DNA of 63,231 nucleotides, from positions 1 to 63,231 of the IMG/VR virus record IMGVR_UViG_3300018421_000024. The stretch is one strand, 5' to 3'. The notes under the pieces are model-generated. The model worked only from the letters and a program-made list of their open reading frames with translations, did not search any database and had not been told where the DNA came from. Numbering within the stretch: the stretch's first letter is position 1; the number at the start of each line of letters is the position of its first letter. A program made the translations under genes and the position numbers. The DNA is from a virus (taxonomy: Duplodnaviria > Caudoviricetes). Of this stretch, positions 10,045 through 19,719 are shown one piece after another.

Positions 10045-10923
10045 TTATCCTTCGTTCATAATTTTATCAAGTTGAGTACTAAACATCCTCTTATACAGAG
10101 ATGATATTAGGTATATAGATCGTTTCGATTCATTCAATTCATTTTCATAATCATAAAAGGAAAGTCGGCTGAAATATACCTGTTCGTTAGAAGGTATGAC
10201 ATCGGTTATTTTATTATAAGAATCGTAATTCACGGTTGCTGTTGCTGCGCTCTCATCGCCTATTATATTGTAATTGGTGTTTGTTTCGAAAGTACCGTTC
10301 ACATGTTGTATTGTGATTGATGTTGTGTTCGCCCATGTTACTTCCGCTGTGGCGTTCGTGTTTGAACTAAGACTAATCACTTCACCGACCTGAAAATTGC
10401 CAGTCGATGGTGATGTGAAGTCGAGATTAACAATCATATTTGTTGATGCAGTGAAGTCTTCATTAGAACGAGTGTATGATATTATTCTATTATTAACACC
10501 GTATACAGGTTCCCAATATTTCTTACGATCACCCGTCAAAGCTTCATATGCCGATGATGACAATGTTGAAACATCAGATTCATAGTTGTTTACATATGAT
10601 TTTGTTTTTCTCAATGCGCGTCTTTTCGACTGATATTTTTTGACAATAAAATCCTCAAACAATTCTTCTTTTATAACAATGTCATAATAGGGGTCGATTA
10701 CATCGTTTGTCAGGTAGATAAGCCAGTCCATATCAATATCATCGTAGTAGTCGTGCGCTATGTGTTCAATCTTTTCGCCATCGCTCATTGTGTACGCATA
10801 AAATTCAGTCAACAACGACCTAATGTCAGTTCTAATATCTACTCTACGCAGTAAGTTCTTTACAAGCGTACCATCGTATTCGATGGTGGGAAACTTTCTA
10901 AAGTATTCTGAATTCTGTGCCAT
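10045..10923 (-). CDS. gp53: Baseplate wedge component gp53
   Basis: YFRKFPTIEY; IAHDYY...WLIYLTN.VIDPYYD; YDYENELNESKRSI. Confidence 0.88.
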   Translation of the reverse strand: MAQNSEYFRKFPTIEYDGTLVKNLLRRVDIRTDIRSLLTEFYAYTMSDGEKIEHIAHDYYDDIDMDWLIYLTNDVIDPYYDIVIKEELFEDFIVKKYQSKRRALRKTKSYVNNYESDVSTLSSSAYEALTGDRKKYWEPVYGVNNRIISYTRSNEDFTASTNMIVNLDFTSPSTGNFQVGEVISLSSNTNATAEVTWANTTSITIQHVNGTFETNTNYNIIGDESAATATVNYDSYNKITDVIPSNEQVYFSRLSFYDYENELNESKRSIYLISSLYKRMFSTQLDKIMNEG

Positions 10924-12227
10924 TATGGTGCTCCTGCATCTGAACCAGTGGTGTTGCCGCCGTCACCAGAAGATTGATCAGTACTTTCAGATTGAGTGCC
11001 GCTACCACCGCCTTGTTCTCCACCAGTCTGTATAGTAATTTCTTGAAACTCCATAGTCAATTCTATAGCAACGGGAGCGCCGTCAACAAAAAATGCAGAA
11101 CCGCCCTCAGGTGTGAAGTTTATCATTAAATTCTTAACCATTGTCATGTTAAAAGTGCCCATGACACCCTTTTCATCACCTATGATTTTCGGTTGTATCA
11201 TGTACGGATATTTTAATAGACTACCATCTGTTTGTGGAAGAACCAATCTTTTGATTAAATCAAGAATTTTTTTGATTGTATTCGATTCAGATTCACTTCT
11301 AGGTACAAATTTCCAAACCCATGACCATTGACGTAAATCCATACCTTTGAAAAACACACTAGCATGAGGGTTTGGTACAGCGCCCATGAATTGCGTAAGT
11401 ATACCAGAAGCAGACCCGCTATCAGCACCTGCAAGACCTGAGATTCCTACCGTATCAAGTACATCAACGCCCATCATCATTCCTCGCAGGCCTGCGTTTT
11501 TAAGCAAGTCGCCAGTATTGTTTATAAACTCTTCTCCACTTGGCATCTTACCGGTCTTCAGAGCGTTCGCTAATCCTACGCCAGCGTTCTGAGTCTGATT
11601 TACAATATCACCATAAAAACCAGTATCTTTCTGATCAAGTCTTATACTATAATTTTGCGTGAAGTTTTGTGGCATAGGAAATTGAATTTTGACCCCAGGC
11701 TCAGTAGTACCTTCAGCCATAGGATTTGGTCTATAATAAGAATAGAACTGAAGTTCAATATACGAAGGAGCATTTTTCGCCAGATCCGGGGGAAACATTG
11801 TTCCTGTATAATTCAAGTCTGAAATGCCGACAATTCTTTCTTTAGTACTTTTCATTTTCGTATAAGGATTGTCTTTAGCTCTTGGTTTTGGTCTTGAACC
11901 ATAACTTAATTGATCTACAAGATTTTCTTTCTTCTTACCGAATTTTTCTGGATTAGTTAATCCGTTTATCATAAGATCAGAAGTGTTTTTAATTGTCACA
12001 CCAGCATTTAAAAGACTAGCACCTAATGTTGCAGCCGCTTGTCTTTGATTTTTCATTTTTGTATTTTGTTGTCTCAGAGAAAAATCAATTGCGCTACTCA
12101 CACTCTGTGGATTGTAGTAAGTTCCATTAATAACAGATAACTGAGCAATTTCTTGATTTGTCAAATCAGTTTTGAACTTCGTTATGTGTGCGCCGTTATT
12201 TTTGATTGAATTGTCTGGCGATGCCAT
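10923..12227 (-). CDS. gp48: Baseplate tail-tube cap gp48-like
   Basis: VPNPH..VFFKGMDLRQWSW.WKFVPRS..ES; F.DGAPV.IELTMEFQE; start placed at MASPDN (ORF track extends to 12266). Confidence 0.8.
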   Translation of the reverse strand: MASPDNSIKNNGAHITKFKTDLTNQEIAQLSVINGTYYNPQSVSSAIDFSLRQQNTKMKNQRQAAATLGASLLNAGVTIKNTSDLMINGLTNPEKFGKKKENLVDQLSYGSRPKPRAKDNPYTKMKSTKERIVGISDLNYTGTMFPPDLAKNAPSYIELQFYSYYRPNPMAEGTTEPGVKIQFPMPQNFTQNYSIRLDQKDTGFYGDIVNQTQNAGVGLANALKTGKMPSGEEFINNTGDLLKNAGLRGMMMGVDVLDTVGISGLAGADSGSASGILTQFMGAVPNPHASVFFKGMDLRQWSWVWKFVPRSESESNTIKKILDLIKRLVLPQTDGSLLKYPYMIQPKIIGDEKGVMGTFNMTMVKNLMINFTPEGGSAFFVDGAPVAIELTMEFQEITIQTGGEQGGGSGTQSESTDQSSGDGGNTTGSDAGAP

Positions 12228-12239
12228 GCGTTTACCTTT

Positions 12240-12247
12240 TATAAATA
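12240..12247 (+). promoter_or_regulatory. Late promoter TATAAATA for gp4
   Basis: Exact consensus directly upstream of ATG 12253. Confidence 0.7.
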
Positions 12248-12252
12248 GATTT

Positions 12253-12696
12253 ATGAAAACATACAAAGGTCAATTTCGACCACAAAATCCTAATAAATAT
12301 CGTGGCGACTCTACTAATATTATTTATAGAAGTCGTTGGGAACTGTATTTCATGTCTTACCTTGACAAGCATCCCGATATATTACAATGGAACAGTGAAG
12401 AAATAATTGTGCCTTATCGTTCTCCCATTGATGGTAAAGTTCACAGATATTTTCCTGATTTCTGGGTTAAATCTATTGATCGCGAAGGTAAAAAATCTGT
12501 GTCGTTGATAGAGATCAAGCCCTATAATCAAACAAAAGAACCTGTACCAAAAAAGAAACTAACCAAGTCCTATTTATACGAAGTAAAGACATGGGGAGTC
12601 AATACTGCAAAATGGAAGGCAGCAGAGAGTTTCTGTAAAGATAGAGGCTGGAAATTTATGATCATGACAGAGAACGAATTAGGATTAAAGTTCTAA
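12253..12696 (+). CDS. gp4: Head completion nuclease gp4
   Basis: MKTYKGQFRPQNPNKY.GD..IIYRSRWE; HRYFPDF; EIKP; N.AKW.AA; start at internal Met. Confidence 0.93.
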   Translation: MKTYKGQFRPQNPNKYRGDSTNIIYRSRWELYFMSYLDKHPDILQWNSEEIIVPYRSPIDGKVHRYFPDFWVKSIDREGKKSVSLIEIKPYNQTKEPVPKKKLTKSYLYEVKTWGVNTAKWKAAESFCKDRGWKFMIMTENELGLKF

Positions 12697-12698
12697 AC

Positions 12699-12712
12699 TA
12701 TTTATATAAATA
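12699..12712. promoter_or_regulatory. Overlapping divergent late promoters (TATTTATATAAATA)
   Basis: TATAAATA on + (12705-12712) and on - (12699-12706). Confidence 0.7.
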
Positions 12713-12741
12713 AACCATATTTAAATAGGCATTTTCAAAAA

Positions 12742-13095
12742 ATGACTAAAAGAACAATCGAATTCGAAGATAAAACGATCCGTACATGGGTGTTTCTCGT
12801 TGGTGCGGTCTTCAGTGCATGGATGTTTATTGATGCAATGTATATTGACGATAATGAATTGGCTCTTGATCAATCACCACAGAATAGACAAGTGGAATCG
12901 GTCGAAGAGGATTTCCGTACACGCATTTTAATGAGTGAATCAACGCGATATGCACAAGTGGCAAAATACTACAGAGATGAAATGAAAGCACGAGAATTAT
13001 CGGTCGCTGAACAAGCTCGTTTAGATTTAGTAGAAAGAGAACAATGCCGCATACGAAATGAATTAGTTCAGAGTAATGCGGAGACATGTAACTAA
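12742..13095 (+). CDS. Hypothetical membrane-anchored protein
   Basis: Single N-terminal hydrophobic helix followed by a helical domain; abuts gp2. Confidence 0.65.
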   Translation: MTKRTIEFEDKTIRTWVFLVGAVFSAWMFIDAMYIDDNELALDQSPQNRQVESVEEDFRTRILMSESTRYAQVAKYYRDEMKARELSVAEQARLDLVEREQCRIRNELVQSNAETCN

Positions 13096-13707
13096 ATGAC
13101 AACATATATCTTTCAAAAAATTGCTAAAGAAGGCAAAATTGCTGGTATTACTCCTGGTACTGAAGAGGCACGCGATTGGTTTCGTGATAGAGCATCGGAA
13201 GTAAGTGATGTCAACCCGAAACAAATCATTCGACACACTGAAGCAAGGCCGAATCTCTATAGTAAAATAACACAACTTGATGTTGGGCGTATGTATATGT
13301 TTCAGTACGATCCGAAACATAAAGAGACATTGCCTTACTACGATATATTTCCTTTGATCTTTGTGATGGAGAGATACAAAGACGGTTTTCTAGGTATGAA
13401 TATGCATTATTTACCTCCTTTATTCCGTGCGAGATTGATGGATCGATTATACACAATCGAAAGAAGTGATAATATGCGAGAGTCGAAAAAATTAAGATCA
13501 TCGTATGCATTGTTAAACAGCGCAGCTAAGTTTAAGTATTTTAAACCAACGGTAAAAAGATATTTAACAACAAATTTGCGTTCACGCTTGTTGTGGATAC
13601 CCGAAGAACAATGGGACATAGCATTGTTTTTACCAACAGAAAGATTCCGTAAACAGAAAAAGAATTCAGTCTGGAGAGAATCTAGACAAATGATCAGGAG
13701 AGGATAG
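13096..13707 (+). CDS. gp2: DNA end protector protein gp2
   Basis: GRMYMFQYDPKHKETLPYYD.FPL; G.N.HYLPP..R; FLPTERF. Confidence 0.95.
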   Translation: MTTYIFQKIAKEGKIAGITPGTEEARDWFRDRASEVSDVNPKQIIRHTEARPNLYSKITQLDVGRMYMFQYDPKHKETLPYYDIFPLIFVMERYKDGFLGMNMHYLPPLFRARLMDRLYTIERSDNMRESKKLRSSYALLNSAAKFKYFKPTVKRYLTTNLRSRLLWIPEEQWDIALFLPTERFRKQKKNSVWRESRQMIRRG

Positions 13708-14288
13708 TGGGACTTTCAATAGAAGATTTTAAAGGCAAAATAAGCAAAGGCAATTACCATAAGCCGTGGGCGTATGAGGTCTTTATCACAAATCCAGGTG
13801 CCGCGTATAGATCATCAGATAGAACAGCCGATGGACCATATGATTTAAGATTCAGAACCGAACAGGTTTCATTACCCGGTGCTTCTTTTATGTCGGTAGA
13901 CAATCATAAACCTTACGGCACAGGTAAAATTTATAATATTCCCTACGTTTTTAATCCACAAGAAATATCAATGACACATGTTATAGACGATAATGTAGAG
14001 ATGTTAAAAGCGTTATTCAGATGGATGGACAATATAGCAGACTTGACCGGTGTCGTTAATACATCAGGATCAAAAGCAAAACCAGGCGGCGCTTATTACT
14101 TTGATGACTATAAATGTCAAATGTCTATCTATATAAAAAATCCTGCAACGCTCGAGACCGTACAGACGGTAAAACTAGTAGATGTTTATCCAATTTCACT
14201 TGACCAAACACAACTTGGTTGGGGAACAAACGATGAAAGAACTAAGATAAATGTATCCTATAGATATGTAAACTGGACAATGTATTAA
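13707..14288 (+). CDS. gp54: Baseplate tail-tube initiator gp54-like
   Basis: EQVSLPG, VKLVDVYPISL...L.W; gp19/gp54-fold pattern; between gp2 and gp26. Confidence 0.7.
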   Translation: MGLSIEDFKGKISKGNYHKPWAYEVFITNPGAAYRSSDRTADGPYDLRFRTEQVSLPGASFMSVDNHKPYGTGKIYNIPYVFNPQEISMTHVIDDNVEMLKALFRWMDNIADLTGVVNTSGSKAKPGGAYYFDDYKCQMSIYIKNPATLETVQTVKLVDVYPISLDQTQLGWGTNDERTKINVSYRYVNWTMY

Positions 14289-14304
14289 TTAATGGAGTTA
14301 AATT

Positions 14305-15015
14305 ATGACTTTACCGAAGCTTGATGTAGTGACATATGAAATGACACAACCTTCAACAGAAAAAAAGATTCTATACAGGCCATTTAAAGTCAAAGAAGAA
14401 AAAATTCTACTGATGGCAAAAGAATCTGGTGATAAAATCGATATTGTAAACGCAGTTAAACAAGTTGTGTCGAATTGCATTTTAAGCGAAGGTTTTGATG
14501 TTAACAAAATACCTCTATTTGATTTGGAATATTTTTTCATTAAACTTCGTTCTGCTTCGGTAGGAAATATCTGTAGATTTAATATCAAAGATAAAGATGA
14601 TGGAATTAAGTATGAGATCGAAGTGAATTTAGATAAAGTTGAAGTTGAGTTTCCAGAAAATGTTGATAAAAAAATTCTCATCACTGAAGACATTGGTGTC
14701 GTGATGAAATATCCTGATGCCTCATTGTCAGATAAATTGATGGGCATTAAATCGTCTACAGACTTACTGTATAACATGGTTGAAAATTGTGTTGATTATG
14801 TGTTCACGAAAGACGATACCTTTCCTTGGATGGACTCAACACCAGAAGAGAGAGAAGAGTTTTTGGACAGTCTCTCAGGAAAAGAATACGTTAAGATGAC
14901 AGAGTTTTTCTCCGCAGTGCCTAAGATTAATCACATCGTTACCTACAACAACAGTGAAGGTAAAGAAAAGAAAGTGATTTTCAGGAGTCTTGACGATTTT
15001 TTCGACTTGGGCTGA
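14305..15015 (+). CDS. gp26: Baseplate hub assembly protein gp26
   Basis: LPKL..YRPFKVKEEKILL.A.E; FDLEYFF.KLRSASVG; ends SLDDFF. Confidence 0.92.
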   Translation: MTLPKLDVVTYEMTQPSTEKKILYRPFKVKEEKILLMAKESGDKIDIVNAVKQVVSNCILSEGFDVNKIPLFDLEYFFIKLRSASVGNICRFNIKDKDDGIKYEIEVNLDKVEVEFPENVDKKILITEDIGVVMKYPDASLSDKLMGIKSSTDLLYNMVENCVDYVFTKDDTFPWMDSTPEEREEFLDSLSGKEYVKMTEFFSAVPKINHIVTYNNSEGKEKKVIFRSLDDFFDLG

Positions 15016-15182
15016 GTCACTTAGACCTCTATCATTATTATAAATTAAATTTTGATGTGACTCAGTATCACAAGTTTACATTAACAGAGATAGAAAACAT
15101 GTTACCTTTTGAAAGAGACTTGTATGTTGACATGCTCGTACAGAAGGTTAAAAAAGAAGAAGAAGAAAGGAAGAAAAAATAA
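14994..15182 (+). CDS. gp51: gp51-like hub assembly chaperone frame (no good start; probably reached by -1 frameshift)
   Basis: Hand translation LSHLDLYHYYKLNFDVTQYHKFTLTEIENMLPFERDLYVDML; -1 frame relative to gp26; TAA abuts next ATG. Confidence 0.8.
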   Translation, partial: RFFRLGLSHLDLYHYYKLNFDVTQYHKFTLTEIENMLPFERDLYVDMLVQKVKKEEEERKKK

Positions 15183-17486
15183 ATGGTAGCAGCAGTGTTG
15201 GGCGGAGTAGCAAGAGGTGCCTCAGCAATAGGACGCGGAGTTAGTAAGGTAACCGGTCTTATAAGGGGCACGAAAGGCGCTGCTCAAACCATGGGAACGG
15301 CCGCTAAAAGCCCCGGTATGTTAAAAAGATTTTTGGCCGGCGGAGGATTACTCGGCGGAGGCGGCGCAATAGGTTTTCTTGGTAGTGCTTTAGGTAGCAT
15401 GATGGGTGGCGGTAAAGAAACCGGTGGTGTTGAAGATGTCGAAATGGGTGAAAATGCAGTCAGCGGCGGTAGCGCAGAATCATCGTCTTCTTCTGTTACT
15501 CTCATTGATTTCTCTTCAATGATTAAAAATATTCCAGCACATGTGAGACAACTCAGCGATGTGCAGATGAATGTTAATTTTGGAGAAACCACGCTTATAA
15601 CAACTGATAATCTTGCCATTAAATACGACATCGAAGAGATGTTTGATAATGAGCAAGGTGAGTTAATTGTACCTGAACTTACACAAATATCAGTAACATC
15701 ACCTGAAATTGACGGCATACAACGTGCTCTTCTCAGAACAGCAGCAAATCTACAACTTCTAAACACGCAAATTGGCGGAGTTAATTCTCGGTTAGATGGA
15801 ATTGAAGAAGCAGTACTAGAAGCTTCCGATGCAAATCGTAGATCAATACTTGATGCTGAGAGAGAAGCAGATGAAAACGCATCAGAAGGAAAAAATAAAA
15901 AAGGTAAAATTGCAACAAGTATAGAAACTGCGAAAGAAGCAGTTAAAACAGGACTCAAGGCACTAGGTTTGGGTCTTCTCGGTGCCGCCGTTGGTGCTGT
16001 CTCATATTACTTAGGTGATGGTCTTCAAGAAATTGCTGACGGTGAAGAAGACGATGATGAAGTTTTTGATGACGATACTGCATTGGGTTCGTTTGCCAAC
16101 GATCTTCTTTTTGAAGACGATGGAACTCAAGGAGCATTAAATCTCGCAGCAACAGCAACCGGCGCAACAGCATTATTAGGCAGCGCGGCCGCAACTCTCG
16201 GTACTGGGGCGGTTGCAACGGGCGGTGCTGCTGTTGCCGCCGCCATGGCGCCTGTTGCTGCCGTTGCGGCTGCTGGTGCCGCGGGTTATGCTGTTGGAAC
16301 ACTTTTATATGAACATACTGGATTGAAAGAAGGTTTGTCAGCGATGAGCGATTCGATTATCGCAGGCGAATCAATTCCTATCGATTCTGCTACCAGTGTA
16401 GAGGAAATGAAAAGAAAGTATGGTAATAAACAAGGAGTTGAATTACTAGGCGATCTGTTAGGTGAAGGCGTATTCGATACTTCAGAAGCACCAGAAGATA
16501 TTATAGCGTTCTTCCGTGATAATACTCCTAACATAGACGAATATAATAAATTAAGTAAGGAATATGAAGAAAAATATGGTCGACCAATAACTTCTGCGTT
16601 GAACGATGCCTTAGGAGTAAAAGGTGTTGATAGTGTGTTCGACATGATTACAGAAACGTCAACGGCAAACTGGCGAGTCGAAAAATTGAAGTCTGGTGAA
16701 GAATTAATTTTCAATACGCCAGAAGCAGCAGCACATGCTCTGAAAGGACTACAAAGAATTGGATATACACCTGGAGGTAATCGTGCGCCATATCGAATAG
16801 AACCAGTTGTTGATGAGAACGGTGAACGAACAGGCCAAATACGTTTTATAGGTAATGAAGAATTTATTGTTGATCAAACAAATCAAAATAATGAAAATTT
16901 AATTTATAATTCAATAAGTGAAGCAAGAGCAGGCGCTGAATCACTCGGTTATCAATCATACAGAATACAACCGATTGGTGATGAAGACATGGGACCATAT
17001 CGGGTAATACCTCTGGATCAATCTGGAGCACCGACAACAAATCAACCTAATGTTGTTCCAACATCTACACCTGAAACAGAATCAAGTCAATCTAATGTTG
17101 TTGCAACATCTACACCTGAAACAGAAACAAGTCAATTGGTTGATAACTACAAACCAATGTCAGCAACTAATATTCAGCCTGAGGATTTAATTTATAATTC
17201 AATAAGTGAAGCAAAAGAAGGCGCTGAAGAATTAGGTTTTGAAGAATATAGAATAGAACCGATTGTTGATGAAGAAGGAAACGACACTGGTCAACATCGA
17301 CTCGTCAATAAATCATCAGAAGATCAAGTAGCGATGGTTCTTCCTTTCATCGTACCTTCATCACCGCGTAGAGCGCCACAACCAATATCGGCTAGATCAG
17401 GTGAAGGTCCAAAATCAAATGTCGAGAGGCCGCATCCTCATAGAAGAACGTCTGATACTTACGGTCAACAGACTCACTACACATAA
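15183..17486 (+). CDS. Putative tape measure protein (gp29-like)
   Basis: Long Ala/Gly-rich protein with coiled-coil and hydrophobic stretches directly after gp26/gp51. Confidence 0.6.
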   Translation: MVAAVLGGVARGASAIGRGVSKVTGLIRGTKGAAQTMGTAAKSPGMLKRFLAGGGLLGGGGAIGFLGSALGSMMGGGKETGGVEDVEMGENAVSGGSAESSSSSVTLIDFSSMIKNIPAHVRQLSDVQMNVNFGETTLITTDNLAIKYDIEEMFDNEQGELIVPELTQISVTSPEIDGIQRALLRTAANLQLLNTQIGGVNSRLDGIEEAVLEASDANRRSILDAEREADENASEGKNKKGKIATSIETAKEAVKTGLKALGLGLLGAAVGAVSYYLGDGLQEIADGEEDDDEVFDDDTALGSFANDLLFEDDGTQGALNLAATATGATALLGSAAATLGTGAVATGGAAVAAAMAPVAAVAAAGAAGYAVGTLLYEHTGLKEGLSAMSDSIIAGESIPIDSATSVEEMKRKYGNKQGVELLGDLLGEGVFDTSEAPEDIIAFFRDNTPNIDEYNKLSKEYEEKYGRPITSALNDALGVKGVDSVFDMITETSTANWRVEKLKSGEELIFNTPEAAAHALKGLQRIGYTPGGNRAPYRIEPVVDENGERTGQIRFIGNEEFIVDQTNQNNENLIYNSISEARAGAESLGYQSYRIQPIGDEDMGPYRVIPLDQSGAPTTNQPNVVPTSTPETESSQSNVVATSTPETETSQLVDNYKPMSATNIQPEDLIYNSISEAKEGAEELGFEEYRIEPIVDEEGNDTGQHRLVNKSSEDQVAMVLPFIVPSSPRRAPQPISARSGEGPKSNVERPHPHRRTSDTYGQQTHYT
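17047..17136. repeat. 45-bp coding tandem duplication
   Basis: ctaatgttgtt(c/g)caacatctacacctgaaacagaa(t/a)caagtcaat x2. Confidence 0.85.
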
Positions 17487-17510
17487 AAAACCCCGCCGAA
17501 GCGGGGTTCA
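17485..17510 (-). terminator. Intrinsic terminator with UUCG loop, possibly bidirectional
   Basis: AACCCCGC-TTCG-GCGGGGTT followed by T-run; between convergent genes. Confidence 0.9.
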
Positions 17511-17526
17511 AAATCACCAGAACGAT

Positions 17527-18441
17527 TTATTCAGCAGCGAGTTTCTTGAAAAAATCTAGAGACTCGTCATCATCATCAAAGTTCTGTTGTTTTGGTTCTT
17601 CAGGTTCTTGAATCTGTTGAACCTTAGGTTGTGCAACAGGCGGTGTCCAAGCAGGCGCATCTTCTTCATCATATGATTCAGCACTCGTCTGTACCTGTGC
17701 TTCACCCAAAACCTTTGCAAGTTTTGCAGAGAGTTCAGCATACGACTTGTAGTTAGCTGGATCAACAAACTCATTGAGTCCGTGTTCGGAGTTCCATACT
17801 GATTCAAGTTCTTCATCGTCATCAAACAATGCAGAGGGAGAATCGAACGCAGACTTATCATAGTTGCGATAACCTTCTACTTGACGGATGCGAAGACGGA
17901 AGTTTGCACCTTCCCAGAGATCAAAGGGATTGACCGCATCTTCATCTTCAAATTGAGGATGCATCAGATCATTGATCTTGTCGAAGATTTTCTTACCGTA
18001 CTCGTACAGAAAGACCTTGCCTTCATTCGAAGGGTTCGCAGGATCACTCACAACATAGATGTTGCTGATGTGATGCAGACGGCGTTTCTGTTTTCGAGCG
18101 ACTTCTTTATCAGCATCGATACCAGAGTTCCACAGTTTAGAGTTATACTCTGAGACAGGATCATCTTGACCAATAGTGGTCAATGACTTCTCAATGTACC
18201 AACCACCAGGTCCTTGAAAACCGTGGTCCCAGTATCGAACAAAAGGAACTTCTTCACCTTGCGGTGCAGGCAGGAAACGAATGATAGCAGAACCGTTACC
18301 GGCTTTATCTACTGTAGGTTTCCAGAATCGGTCGTCAGCACCGCCAGAGTTGTTATTGCTCTGTGTCTTTTCAGCGGCTGCTGAGAGTTTTTCGAATTGT
18401 GAAGCACGAGACTTCTTGAGTTGTGAAAACGAATTTGTCAT
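17527..18441 (-). CDS. gp32: ssDNA-binding protein gp32
   Basis: DDRFWKP..DKAGNG.AIIRFLPAP; GWYIE; FDLWEGANF; YRNYDKS; acidic tail. Confidence 0.97.
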   Translation of the reverse strand: MTNSFSQLKKSRASQFEKLSAAAEKTQSNNNSGGADDRFWKPTVDKAGNGSAIIRFLPAPQGEEVPFVRYWDHGFQGPGGWYIEKSLTTIGQDDPVSEYNSKLWNSGIDADKEVARKQKRRLHHISNIYVVSDPANPSNEGKVFLYEYGKKIFDKINDLMHPQFEDEDAVNPFDLWEGANFRLRIRQVEGYRNYDKSAFDSPSALFDDDEELESVWNSEHGLNEFVDPANYKSYAELSAKLAKVLGEAQVQTSAESYDEEDAPAWTPPVAQPKVQQIQEPEEPKQQNFDDDDESLDFFKKLAAE

Positions 18442-18526
18442 ATGTATTTCCTTGTATTAACAATGTATAAACAGTGTATTTTCTTGTCCACATTATTCAT
18501 AATGTATACAGTGTATTCTACAGGTA

Positions 18527-19102
18527 TTACTCGTATATGTCAAGCAAAACCTGTTTGTACCTATGATAATCTATCTTTGAGTTTATGAAGGGTGCGTACT
18601 TCTCAATACCTTTCTTCATTCTAGGCCACAACAGTTTGTCATCAATCTGTGCATCCCAGTAGTCGAAACACTTCACGACTCTCTGAATGATTACCATCGT
18701 TTCTGGTGATACTGCCTTTCGTTTGTATGCAAATACAATCTTAGGCCATTCACCATCTCTTACTGTCAGTGCGTCATCTAATGAATCGAACTCTGACATT
18801 TCAGTCTTGAAGATATACTCCATCGACTGAATTCTTTTCTGCATGTCGGCGAATGCAGATTTATATTCTTCAGAAAAAAGATCACCGACCCACAAGTCTG
18901 GTTTCTTCATGAATGATGATACCAGATACATATCTAAATCTTTTTTCTTTGATAATTTATAGAAGTGATACTTATCTTTTCTCACTTCAAATTTTGTCAC
19001 ACTTGCATTGATAACTCCACTATACTTGAAGTAATCATAACTGTCTGATGTAAAGTGAAGTTTCAATGCATGAAATAATTTATACGCATCAAATGGTGTC
19101 AT
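18527..19102 (-). CDS. gp59: Helicase loader gp59
   Basis: Y..F.ALKLHF..YDYFKY.G; RKDKY.F.KL; SPET. Confidence 0.9.
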   Translation of the reverse strand: MTPFDAYKLFHALKLHFTSDSYDYFKYSGVINASVTKFEVRKDKYHFYKLSKKKDLDMYLVSSFMKKPDLWVGDLFSEEYKSAFADMQKRIQSMEYIFKTEMSEFDSLDDALTVRDGEWPKIVFAYKRKAVSPETMVIIQRVVKCFDYWDAQIDDKLLWPRMKKGIEKYAPFINSKIDYHRYKQVLLDIYE

Positions 19103-19350
19103 AACGGTAATTGCGAAGACTTCTCCAGAAAGTTTAGTGATTCAGCATCTTCTTGAAGTTTAGCTTTCAATAATGCATTCTTACGAATAAAATCGCCGAT
19201 ACTTTCTATTTCAAGATCCTTCTTTTCACAGTAATGCAGTACAGCATCGAGGTAACTCACTTCTTCTGAATTACCCCGGATGATTTCTATTTCTTTTAGA
19301 AACTTAGCAACATCTTTTGACTGTAGTGCGTCATTATTAATTGATTGCAT
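19099..19350 (-). CDS. gp33: Late promoter co-activator gp33
   Basis: YLDAVLHYCE...EIE..LKAKLQEDAESLNFL; gp33-gp59-gp32 synteny. Confidence 0.88.
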   Translation of the reverse strand: MQSINNDALQSKDVAKFLKEIEIIRGNSEEVSYLDAVLHYCEKKDLEIESIGDFIRKNALLKAKLQEDAESLNFLEKSSQLPL

Positions 19351-19355
19351 CCGAA

Positions 19356-19688
19356 TTACTCGTCTTTCTTAGCAGCAGATTCAAGATCAGCAACCATCTT
19401 TGCCTTTGTTTTGCGCTTGTCAAGTTCAACACCAATTTCACGACCGAGTTCTTCGATCTTGTCTTTGGTCATCTTCATGAGTTCGTCAGCAGAAGGAATC
19501 GCACCAAGAGTTGCCTTCAGTTCATCGATCTTGTCTTCGATCTCTTCGACTTCCTCAGCGAGTTCGTCTACAGCTTCATCAGCTTTGTCCGTTGCCATGT
19601 CCATGAAGGCAAGAATCGGATGTCTATAGAACCAAGCACCGCCCAACACAGCACCAACTACAACAACAAAAATAATAAATTCGAACAT
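19356..19688 (-). CDS. Hypothetical membrane protein with C-terminal Rho-N/HeH-like domain
   Basis: N-terminal TM; MTKDKIEELGREIGVELDKRKTKAKMV. Confidence 0.65.
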   Translation of the reverse strand: MFEFIIFVVVVGAVLGGAWFYRHPILAFMDMATDKADEAVDELAEEVEEIEDKIDELKATLGAIPSADELMKMTKDKIEELGREIGVELDKRKTKAKMVADLESAAKKDE

Positions 19689-19719
19689 TTCTCTCTCCTA
19701 ATTGAGTGAACAACGATAC

